Assembly (NCBI GenBank): GCA_021613535.1
Contig: CP075492.1
Coordinates: 7,254,001 to 7,318,000, forward strand
Direction of reading: 5' to 3'
Origin: Adineta vaga
Lineage: Eukaryota; Animalia; Rotifera
Length of the DNA: 64,000 nucleotides
The notes beneath the pieces were generated by a model, which ran no database searches, had not been told where the DNA came from, and saw only the letters and a list, made by a program, of their open reading frames with translations. The translations under genes were made by a program, and so were the position numbers. Below are positions 51,050 through 63,000 of the stretch, piece after piece. How positions within the stretch are numbered: position 1 is the first letter of the stretch; every line of letters begins with the position of its first letter.

Positions 51050-52183
51050 ATGTCCAATAATAACGAAGAAAATATTTCTGCTTCAAATACACCTACATTT
51101 GGAGACAATAATCAGCAACGAGTACCATCTCGACATCCTCAAAGACCGGTATTAGTACGAGTAAGAAATAATTCGATCGTTGATCTATTATTTGTCTTAT
51201 AGAATTGGCGACTACGAATAAGAAACCGTTACAATCGTCGACTACAGCAACAGCAAATCACTACGACACGTACATTGACTGATGCTTATACCCAAATAGA
51301 TTCAACTAGTGGTATATTATATATTAGTTATTGCTATATAGTTTTCTAAAAGAAATATACCCTAGAAATTAATCAAGAATCTAACTCAAATGATCGAAAT
51401 CGAGTTAGCATAGAATCAGCCGAATATCGGAGCAAACCGCTTGATAGTGTCTCTGATGAAACTTTGGAATGTGAGTAGAATTAGATACAAAAATAAATAA
51501 GTACGTACGTATCTATTTTAAAGCTACTCATGTTGCACCAATGGCCCAAATTAATTCTCCTTCTGGATCGCAACTAGTGATGTTATCGGTAACAAATGGT
51601 AATTTCTCTTTGTCTTTCCAATTTTTATTCAGAATATATTATCATGAATACTTTACTAGGACCAGTGACACTCATTAGTGACACATCATCAAGTTCTCCA
51701 CAACAACAATCCATTTTTGTTACTCAAAATCCTATGAAAGTAGCTGTATCATATGCAGGCGAAACGGAAGCTCGGGTTAGACAAATCACACAGTTGATTC
51801 ATAATTCACTAACTACTTCGGAAAGTCCCTATCCAGTCTTTTTTGCCCGTGATTTTCAAGACGAATTAGTTGGATTAAATGGAATGGCCAAATTGCTAAA
51901 AATTTATCGAACTGCTTCTCTCGTTGTCGTTTTTCTCTCGATCACATATCACCAATCACCTTTCTGTCGAGAAGAATGGAGAGCAATAAGAAATTACTAC
52001 ATGTATGGTGAAGGACGCAGCCAAACTGAGAAACTATTTTTTGTTAAACTAAGTGATTATAATGCTGAAGAACTCAATCTTGTTTCTGATGACTTTTATC
52101 TCGATGGATTGACAATGGACGATCAGCATATAGCGGATCTGATCATCAGCCGATGGCGTAAGATTGAACAGTTGCCAAGATAA
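51050..52183 (+). CDS. TIR-domain protein with disordered N-terminus (exons 51050-51160, 51203-51311, 51366-51470, 51524-51598, 51660-52183)
   Basis: All four introns are GT-AG and phase-consistent. TIR motifs: VAVSYAGE, VFFARD..ELVG.N....L.KIY, LVVVFLS..Y..SPFCREEW. Confidence 0.85.
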
Positions 52184-52387
52184 AGAGAACTGTTCATAGT
52201 ACTACAAAAGATACAATTGTTTTATAAGATTAAACTTTCTCTGCTCAAATACGCTTTCATTCTCTACATATAAATATAATGTTAAAGCAAGAATTTATTC
52301 TTTGATTGTTTATTATAATATTTCGAAAGCATATATAAATTGACAAGTATGAGTCAAGAAAAAAAACCATTATTATGTGCAGATTTT

Positions 52388-53755
52388 TCAATATAATTCA
52401 GCACTTGCTAGATAACTGCCATTGTTTGATTTGCCACCAGCAACTAGAACTGTTCCATTGGTTAGTACGGATGCTGTATGAAAATTGCGTGTATCAGTCA
52501 TGTTTTCTGTAATTGTCCAGTTTCCTGTTGACGGATTATATAATTCAGCAAAAGCACTACTATTACATCCACCTGCAACTAATACATATCCATTTGTTAA
52601 AAGAGATGCTGTGTGACCACTTCGTGCACAGTTCATACTACCAGTCAATACCCAATCTCCTGACACTGGATCATATATTTCAGCAATACTAACAGCAGCG
52701 CCGTTCAAACTACCACTCACTAATACTTTTCCGTTTGTTAATACCACTGCTATATGAGCACCTCGTACAGTATTCATATTTCCCGTCGTAATCCATGTAC
52801 CTGATGAGATGTTGTATATTATACTACTAGTAAGAAACTGACTACCATCATGTCCACCGCTAATTAATATGTTTCCATTGGTTAGTACCGATGATGTGTG
52901 CAGTTTTCGTGGCGTACTCATCGAATCAATTGTTGACCAGATGCCTGTTGACGGATCATATAATTGAGCGCTACTAAGAAGAGCTCCATTATATCCACCA
53001 ACAACTAATATTTTTCTGTTGAGTAATGTCGACGATGTATGTACGTTTCTAGAAGTACTCATGCTACCTGTTGCAATCCATACTATAAGGAATGCACAAA
53101 CGAGTTAAGTTTATATTTTCTTTCCGATAGTATAGGATAATTTTTAGATGTCTTATAGAAGAAAAACTGCGTGCGAAAAAATATATCTTCACTCTTTTAG
53201 TGCTACTCATTTCCATGACAACAATACTTTTCTCCCTAAGGTAAGTTGATGATTGTTTAGTTTTTTCTAAAATATAATTTCCTATCTATTATAAAATTAT
53301 TTCTCTGTTAACCAGCACTAGCAAGGTCTATCAGTTCATAGAAGAGTATTACCTCGTATTGATGCTGTTGTCTCTGTTGATGTGGATGTAGACGATGTTA
53401 TGCTTGTTGTAATCCTATATATACACATACACAACATTAGAAAATAATTATTAGTTATCAAAACATGACTACCTTGTGGATTCAAACTACCATGTTGACT
53501 GGGAATATCAGCGAATATTTCACATTGATTAATAGATTGATCAAACGTTACTGTACGACAGTGGCTATTGGATAAGCAAGCAATATGGCAAGCTTTGAAA
53601 TTCGAAGTTGATAGTACAGTAGAAGATGAACAGCCAGAATCAGTGCACTGATATCGTATGTCGTTCAATTTAGTGACTAATAATGATCTCGTATCTTGAG
53701 ATGTTATTCGTCCGAAAAGATTGAGACAGAAAAACAACATTATTATGTATTTCAT
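52388..53755 (-). CDS. Secreted PAN/Apple + Thr-rich linker + kelch-repeat protein (middle splicing uncertain)
   Basis: Signal peptide; C..AC.....CRTVTF.....QCEIF (PAN); about five R..HT...L.NG.VLV.GG...AELY kelch repeats. Confidence 0.82.
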
Positions 53756-54906
53756 GTTGAAAGAATAGTGACTATTTTCCAAATGACTTTTCTGCTAAAG
53801 AATAAACTGTCTTTTTTAAATTGAAGAAAAAGAACCACATCATTAATAGATTTTTCTCATAACTACTTAAATTCACTATGTTTAACTTTTATGTTTGATT
53901 GAACATTGAAAAGCACCATCTTTTCGTCTTCTATTTTGGCAATATAGGAAACTTTTGTGATTATTCTGTATATTAAATCAAAAGTCACAAAATCATTGCT
54001 CTGTTTAAAAAGAATGAATACAGCAGGAAAATCTAATTTGCTTTTCTTCTGCAGAACTGAAGGTCATTGGCCTCTAACAACAATCTCCTTTCCTACTTCA
54101 TCAAATAACCAGAAAACAGAAAAATATGATAAAAGAGAGACAACTTGCGAAAAGTTCTCACAATAATAATTGAAATGCTCGAAAAATACCTTGTGATTTA
54201 GACGAATATTTTTTTTTGACCTCATAAATTATAGCAAAATATATGTTCTCTCAACGTTCGAAAGGAAATAATCACACATAAAAAATGGGCAAATAATGAT
54301 GATGATGTAGGGCCGATTACATAATTGAAAAAAATAGAAGAATTTACAATCATTTTTTAAGTTCGCTAATTTTTTGATTTACTTATTTCAATCGTCCTTT
54401 TTTCTATTCATGACTACAGTTTGATAATGAAATTGATTTTCAAAAAAGTGTTCGCTGCGCATCTACACCATTATGAATACTAATTTCTATTTCCGAAGAT
54501 GAAAATAAGAATATATGACTTTTCAATTTTTGTTTTGTGTATTGTAATAGGCACATAAACAAATATTCATCTTTGTAAATGTTGATGCTTCAGCAACTAA
54601 AATGAACAAATCTAATGCTTAAATTTTGATTGAAAGTAATAGCATAGATCCTTCTCAAAAGTATTGATTCAGCCACATTTTCATTCCTACAATATTCTAC
54701 AGAGCATTACTCGTTGACTACAGCAGAATACAAATGTGGCATATGGCATATCAATAACCACGTTTTGTTCTTTCTCTCAGGAAGAATAGAGCAAAAATAT
54801 TTATTTTTTTCCAACTAAATAAAAGAACGAGCAGTATGGATACATAAAAATATCAACAAATGAAAGAGAAAGCATGTTTTCAAAACGAAATACATAAGAA
54901 AAAAGT

Positions 54907-56695
54907 ATGGCGTCTTCTTACTCAGCGTCTGCGGATGTCAATGAAGTGTACGATGAAAGATTTGAAGAAATTTATAACTCTGATGAAAATATTATTGAGC
55001 TAATGGACAATGGAAGGACATGCACATCGATTAGACGAGGATCATTTGGATGTACTCTTGGTCATAATGCATATTTATCGGGTGTTCATCGTATTCGACT
55101 AAGACTAGATTATGGCATAGCGTCGTTGGGCATTCATTGTCGGAATATGCCACTTGTATCGAGCGAATTTGGTGCAGGTAGCTATGATTCGAATCCTTCT
55201 ATACATGGTTGGGGAACAGGTGGCTCTAGAATAGTCAACGGAAGATATGAAGGAGACGTCTTCACAAAAACAAAAGAAAGGTTAATTCAATTTGTATTGG
55301 TATTGAATTGTGATGATCATCGATTGAGTATGCTTAATGAAAACACTAACGAGCGCGATGAAATGGAAGTTAATATTGCTAATGCACCGTTTCCATGGTG
55401 TTTATTTGTTCAAATTTCTAGATTTGGAGGTCGCGTTTCGCTGGTATATCCTTTATCATTAACTTTCAAATCGACTCCTGCAGATGCAACCTTACTGAGA
55501 AATCTAACAGTCAAAACGTTAGGTAATGTAACGTTTTACACTCAATCATATTGATGATATTATTCTTCTGTCAGATCATGAAATTATCGATGATAATAAT
55601 AGCAGCGATACTACAAATACAATTGCTACACAATTCATGTCAACATTAGAATGTGAGTACATATTTCTCTAACTAGTTTCGTTTATTTTCATACTCTCAT
55701 ACAAGTAAATAATGGAGCACTTATTTATAGTATGGCGTCAGGAAGCATATCAAAGGATTGATCAATATTGTGATGAAAAGCGAGAAGAATTTATCGGTTT
55801 ACTCAATCAACAACGAACGAAACCAAAACCTGTCAATATTCAATCGATATTTTCTTCGTTAACATTTAATCGTGATCTCGTTCATTTTCGTTCGAATAGA
55901 TTAGTGTCAAAAGCTATATTACCTTTTCAAATACAAGGTGCATCAAGTCTATTGGAACAGAATCATGGTTGTATAGCAGCAAATGAAAATCATTTTGTAA
56001 TCATTCAAGCCAATTCTCTTTGGATTTATAAACACGAATGGCCGCCGCTACGTAGTCTTCAATGGACATATGGCAACATATACGATATGTTTTGGTGTCA
56101 TGCTCTCGATCAATTCATTCTCATTTCTGAGCAAAAGATTCTCCTTTTCAATGACAAGACAATGACTCTTAGTCCATTATCATTAAACGAAAATCAAACA
56201 ACGATTGACTTTTATGGAGGCACATGCATAGAAAATATGCTATTTTTCTTTACATGGGGTTGGGGTTCATGTATTTATGTATATGCGATTCGACCATTAC
56301 TTGAACTGCAACGAACATATCAACCACCTTTTCCATGTACAACAGATGAACTTATTTTTCATTGTGCATCGAATTATCAAGCATTGGCAATGATTATCAA
56401 AAATCGACATGATGAAATTCGTCTAGATCTCTGTTCACCAACTAATATGGAACGATTTTGGTCCATAAAGTTAGATTTAACAGTCGGATATCAACATATT
56501 CGATGTTGTTCAATAAATCATAATGATTGGATGATTATTTCTCCTGATTCATCAACATTAACTCATATTTCTGGCGAAGGTGAACTCATTGGTAAAGATA
56601 CCCATGATCCAGTGCCTTGGTATGGACTTTCGCTACGCAACAATGATATTCTCATCTTGTCAGACTATATGATGAACATATATCGATTGTCATAA
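54907..56695 (+). CDS. SPRY-like N-terminal domain + coiled coil + beta-rich C-terminal domain (probably one 4-exon gene)
   Basis: SGVHRIRL..HGW..LNCD..PFPWCLFV. Short exons near 55483-55522 and 55575-55651 lead to WRQEAYQRIDQYCDEKR. Could be two genes. Confidence 0.55.
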
Positions 56696-57050
56696 GAATC
56701 ATTTATCACTGTTTCTTACGATACTAAACCACTTAAATATTCAAGAAAATATAGCATTGCACAACAGATAGTTCGAAAATGTGAGTGCATGGATATGATT
56801 CTTGTATTTTATCTTCGATAATTACGCCAAAAGAGTGTGATTGAGTTTTACACCTTACTCACCCCATACTTGATACTTTTTCAAGTTTATTGTATAAAAT
56901 AAAAAGAAATAAAAGATTCAATTATGAAAAGTTAAATCAATTTCCGTTTCATAATTTTCTCTCGCTTCTTGAAATTTACCATCTTGAATCACTTGTTTTG
57001 ACTTTGAATAATTCAAGAATTAAATGCTCTTCTATTTTCGGCAGTTCAGA

Positions 57051-57875
57051 TTATTGAAATGACTGTTCACATCCCATTCTTTTAGAAGATTTCTGCCTGT
57101 GTGATGATTTTGTTTTACTTGAGACGCTGCCATTAGTATGATGTTTTCGAGCATTGTCGACATATTTCTTATTTTTTGTACATCGTAATTTTCCATCAAT
57201 ACGTTCTATCAGGTATTTCAAAAACACTTTTCGTTTGTAGTCTTTGACTTCTTCGACGAAATGATTATCACCACACGTTGTTGTTGTTCCATCGCATCCT
57301 TCCGTTTTGAACCATATTATATCACAAAATGGACATCGTTTAATTAAATTTCTTTGATTTTTATTATCAAATAGATTGTAAGACATGAATGCGACTACTT
57401 TCTCAACAAATGCATCACAAATTCTAACATTTTCTTTTTCTATTTTAATATAAAATGCATAATAATCTAATTCTTGCATTACTCCACCATATTCCTCTCG
57501 AAACTCTCCGAATAATATTTCCATTTCATTTTTGCATTTTACAATAATCATATGTAAAACGTCATCTTTATCTTCCGTGGACTGCACATTAAATTTGCAA
57601 TCGATGCTGATGGACTTCGTTCCGAACAGAAGAATATAATGTTTTCTAAATTTGGACATTCATTATCAGATGATTCGCATATGCCTTGAAAACATTTTTG
57701 TGGATTTTTCGATTGATCCCAATGCGTGATAATTACCACAACAAACATCATTATGAAACAAATTTCGAGTAATACTTCCTCTACCTTCAGTTGCTTCGTG
57801 TTGTGTTCCACAGATTGTAGACGTTTTTTTCTTAATTAATGGCTCAATGTTTTCCATAATTTTGTAAAGGATCAA
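57051..57875 (-). pseudogene. Broken ORF with RBR/IBR-like Cys motif
   Basis: CPFCDIIWFKTEGCDGTTTTCG resembles an RBR RING2-type signature; the upstream part is split across frames. Confidence 0.45.
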
Positions 57876-58940
57876 TAGTAGTATGTAAATCGACGCTGAT
57901 CAGTGACTTACCTTCAAGAAAGAGTATACTGTACTACTATATATTCAAATGATTATTAGGAACCCTTGAAAACGTGTTTTTCACTAGATTACAACTCGTT
58001 TTATAAGGGCGTTTTGTTGGTAAAATCCGAAGAATCTAACACAATATTTGAGTCTAAGGAGGAAAAGACCCTAGTTATTGTAAGCATGTATTGACAAATT
58101 TCATAAAGGAAAAAACAACGTATGTCATTGTAGCTGTGACTAGTGTTTGTAAGATACGAGAAAAAACACCAACGGATGACTAATGTTTCTATTCATGTTT
58201 TGATTTCTTACCTTTTCGATATTAATGTTTTAAATAATTTGTTCTTCTATTAAATTGTCTAATTTTTTCAACAATCCACACTCTACAATAGCATATGTCG
58301 ACTTGTCCACGTAACGGTCCACCAGTGTGAGGAAAGTCGACATATGCAATTGGAGAAAACCAATATATACATCTTGTAGAGCATCATCGATAACGTCGGA
58401 AAGCACATTTTTTAACTCAATGGGTGATTCTTTCTTTAAAAGAAACTTGGTGGTACGAGATGCACTCGAAGAACCAGTTATAACTAGGAAATACGCCTTG
58501 ATTATGATCTGATTTTTTTCCACTAAGAGATGTTATTGTTTCTAAAGCTGATTATATGCCGCACATGCAACTCACATGGACTCTTCATTTATGTCGTTAA
58601 ATCTGAGATTCATCGTTTCTTCAAAAAAATATTCGCTTTGATAAAGTAGTGCACTTCTGAGTGTGATTCCGTCACGGAAACTACTCTGTAATTCTTTTTC
58701 TGCCTTAAGTAGGAAAGTTTAGGTTTCGTCCATATATCCCCCAACGCTAGTTTTTCATGCTCTATCGGATGCACTGCATTGCTTTTTAAACAGCGTTCAA
58801 GTTACTTCGAACGAGTGTGACGGAATCACCAATAAGTAATCAATTTGTTTACCTGAATTAGCAAAAACACTTTTTTTTCTTATAATATCTTACTAATTAA
58901 TAAACAGAGTGCGCAGAAGATTCAAGTGCAGCATAGATCA

Positions 58941-59348
58941 GAGTGTAGGTGTGGTTTTTACTGTGAGTATGAGTTGGAAGAGGATGTCGATTCGGAAGGA
59001 GATAGGTGTGTGGGTGGGAAATAGTGTGGGTGTGCAGGAGTAATGGTATGGGTATGCGAGGATATGGGTATGATCGTGGGTGAAGACAGAATTAGTATGT
59101 AGTCATACTTGTCGAAACTAGCACTCACTTCCCATCTTTCCGCCACACACCCATGCGGATACCTATATCCACCCACACATATACCCTCACCGGCATCCGT
59201 ATCTGCCCATACCCATACCAGTACCGAGGCTCACAGTTACTCACACCTAAGCCGATAGTCTGAGTGACATCCACAGAAACACCCATAATCACTTTTACCA
59301 CTAGTATGCTCATCACTCATACTCTCACTCTCATCCACACCCATACTT
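58941..59348. repeat. Head-to-head degenerate hexamer array (GT-rich then CA-rich)
   Basis: TGTGGG/TATGGG/TATGAG-like units up to ~59099; CCCACA/CCCATA/CTCATA-like units after 59104; central palindrome AGTATG-TAGT-CATACT. Confidence 0.7.
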
Positions 59349-59498
59349 CAAAGGAATGACGCTTTGGTGTTATTACGGCTATTAGAAATAGTTTCACTAA
59401 TTATTTCGCCCTTCATAATGTTTATATATCAACTTTGGGGAACTATATTTATGTTTTCGGATAAATAAAATTTCTTTAAATTTCAACATTTTTAAACT

Positions 59499-59554
59499 GT
59501 GATTCCATCACGGAAAAAAGTGATTCCATCACGGAAAAAAGTGATTCCATCACG
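59499..59554 (+). repeat. 21-bp tandem repeat, 2.7 copies (GTGATTCCATCACGGAAAAAA)
   Basis: Exact copies at 59499-59519 and 59520-59540; partial copy at 59541-59554. Confidence 0.95.
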
Positions 59555-60019
59555 AACCATTTTTCTAACTGCAGAGCCATGTTATTATATACTTTAATTT
59601 TGTTCATTCCTGTGGGTAGCTAGTCATAAGGGCTATAACTTTTACATACAAAAGTTCTTTGTTACACTTACAGTTTCGCTAAACTTTTCAAGTCTTGTCA
59701 TGGCGCTGGAAATGCATTACCATTTTTGCTGATTCCGTCACGGGCATATTTTTCAATTTTAAACTCATAAAAGCAGAACGAAATTTAATGGAACTTTTGC
59801 GAGATGTAGGGCTAGGTAGCTCGTATATCTTACAAAAGTAATCAACTTTAACCGACTAGAATGTGCTGAGATATTGAGAAGACAAGAGGAAAAAACGTGA
59901 TTCCGTCACGCTTGGACAGGTCGATATGTCAGTTCTCAATACCTTTAAATCTCATTATATTACGTGATCAAAAATATATCTCATGAATTCAAGTTTTTAA
60001 TCAAAACATGTGACATTCT

Positions 60020-63000
60020 TCAAATATGTTCCTTATCCTGAGTAGTCGGTGATATTAATAGCTGTCTCTCAACAATTTTCAATGATTGTTCTTGGGTCTT
60101 TGTTCGAAGTAGAGAAATTCGACGAGTTGCTTCGTTTATATTTGATGATTTTCGTACAGATCGTTGGCTTTCCGCTGGTCTACGCCTTTCTTTATTAGTT
60201 GTAGATTGAAATGGTTTTCGTAGTGTATCATCTATCTTTTCTCCAATGGAGTTCGATGACTTGACTGATTGTGTATCGTGCTGATCTTTTGATTCCGTTC
60301 CTTTACGTGACCCATAGGTATCAGCTTCATCCGATTCTTCTTCGGCTAAAGAATCAGTATCATACGTATCTTTCTCCGCTCGTGTAGTAGATTGCGCAGG
60401 AGCCACGGCCAAGTTTACTGTTTTTATTTCTTCCGATTCCTTATTGGTTTGGACAGGTAAGAGTGGAGATTGAATCGGTTCTCTAATAGCATTTTCCACA
60501 TGTAAATAAGATGCATACGCCATAAATCCACTATCTAAATTAGATTGATTGCAAAGTACTTTATTCTATCAATCGCTTACAATAAAGATAAAATGTAGTA
60601 CTAAATCTTACCGAACTTTTCACATGTTCGTCCTAGATAACTACAATCAATACGAGGCATCAGTAAAATATTCCATAAAAGTCCATTTATCAAACGAACA
60701 ACAGAAGAAATAATAGCAATATGACAACCTATATGAATATTTGATTTTCTCTGCAAAATCTATTCAGATTGAATGATCACTTACTAAAAATGAATGTAAA
60801 ACAGATAAGTACAGCATAGATCTTATCATTCGATTTATTGGAATCTGCATGTTCAGATTCTTTCGAAGAAGCGAATGTACATAGCCATTGTTTAATATTT
60901 CGATTCAATCCATATAAAACTAATAGCGGTAAAATAAACGAAAGTATGGAAAATAACGGATGGAGATATTCGAATTGAAGTGTATAGACATAGTATCCAA
61001 TGAAACTACATATGTTGATTATAAATAGAATTGTATGAAACCAAATGAAAAAGCCACCGACAGTATTTAAGAAAATTGAAGATAGATATCCAACTGATTG
61101 TGAAGCTATGGCATTTTTTCCGAAGTTCTCTTTCGATGGTATCTCATCGTACTTCTTCTCCTTCAATTGTTTGGTATGTTCTTTATATTTTACAATTCCA
61201 TAGAATAATTGTATAGTAAAGACCAAAAAAGTCAGTATAGCACTACTGAGAATTTGATAATTAAAAGACCAATCGTCGATGTCTTCAGGGAAAAACAATA
61301 CCTCAATAATCAATTTATATCAATTCAACTCACCAATATTGAAGATTTCTTCTAAACAGAATATGAGGAAATATATTGAACTTGTGCCTGTTATTGATTC
61401 AAATGTAAAGACACATGCTAGATAGAAAAGTAAGACAAAAATTAATGTATATGCACTCATAGCAAGCGTAGTAAATTTAAAGTTTGTGTCCCATGAATAT
61501 ATTCTTTTGATAATCTTTTTTGCAAATGAACAAATTTTGAAAGACTCAATATCTTTCCATGAAAGGCTCGAAGACGAGTTTACTGAATTCTGCTCAATAC
61601 CAGGAGTTGATGGTACACTTGTGACTTTTGTTCTTTTCTTATAAGTTAAGTAAACCGAATCATAAATAAAACGAACAGTTAATTCTGCACCAATATAAGA
61701 TAATAAAATGAAATATGGTGTATTTTTCAGTACTCCATAAAGAATTATCAAAGTTCCAAGTTTCTAAATAAGTTATTTGATTAACTATTTTATGGGAAAA
61801 TGATTCTAAAATATACCAGACGATGTAATGCTTCGTTATATAATGTAAATCGTTTAGAAAGAGGTAAATAATCCATACATAAACTTCGACGAATGACGAT
61901 ATATCCAATATTACCAATAATGTATAGAAATGCGAAAAATCGAACACAAGTACTTCGATGTTGTAATGAAGAGAAGATCGAATAGTAACGAATACTAGAA
62001 TGTGCAAGAAATGATCATATAATGATGAAATTGTAGAAAATAAAAATATGAACAAACCTGTAGAGAAGAGGAATTAAAGCACGAACGAGAAATAGTGAAA
62101 GAACACCTTGATTCCATAGTTCCGTTATATCGATGAAAACGTGTTCGAGAGCAATAAGTACTTCAAGCATAACTATACCATAAAGAGCAGCTGTTTCATA
62201 ACGATTTTCTGTTTCAAAGGGTTCACTTGGTGACAAACAATCGCCTAAATTATTATGGTCATATTCATTCAACTAACTAATTGAAATGGATGTTACCTGG
62301 TTGACTTGTACAAACACTTGAATTTTTCATTGTTACTTCGATCATAAAAGAAAAGATGAAACAAAGTATGAAGGAACCAAGGAAGAAAATATGATTATCA
62401 ATATTCCAAATCGATTTTTGCGTGCATTTTTGAATTCCTTCAACGATATTTTGAATGAGCAAGTCAGATGTCAATTGATCAGTTTTATAAAGAGGAAAAG
62501 AAGTGACATGATGGATGATTGGAATCAGATGTAGACATATGAGAATAATACACATTAAAATAAAAACGAACAGCAAACGACTGATTTTACGCTCTTGTCT
62601 TTCACTGAAAGGAATACAAGAGTGATGATTATCGTAAGGGTCAAGTGGATCTTTCAATTCACCTTGGAGATATCGATATTTGATTGCTATAACTATCACT
62701 AGGATTTTGACGACCTTGTGTTGCCTCCTGTGTTTTGAATAGAGTTTCAAAAAACCTATTTGAAAACAATGAAATAATACAAAAAATTCACAACTCACTT
62801 GCTGAATTTGTTAACACATCTTTGTTGATATGTTTGCATTGATTGAAATGTCAAGATGAAAAGGAGAAGTACGATGAACAATCCAATTGACAATTGTATA
62901 AACTTCATAGACACTAAAACATTGGAAAAAAAGGTATGAAAATGCGAATTTAAATACATATAGTAGAAGCTTTCACGATTTCTGCAATATAGACCATCTG

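Larger units (their letters stand above)
58293..59929. mobile_element. Putative non-autonomous DNA element with repeated GTGATTCCRTCACG motifs; left boundary uncertain
   Basis: Motif at 58663, 58817 (inverted), 59499, 59520, 59541, 59730 and 59897. The reverse complement of the right end (ACATATCGACCTGTCCAAGCGTGACGG) resembles 58293 ATATGTCGACTTGTCCACGTAACGG. Confidence 0.55.

Noticed and set aside
58958-59316. Two short ORFs in the hexamer array
   Set aside because: By-products of repeat periodicity.
59499-59554. CRISPR-like short palindromic repeats
   Set aside because: Copies abut with no unique spacers, there are no cas genes, and the context is eukaryotic.
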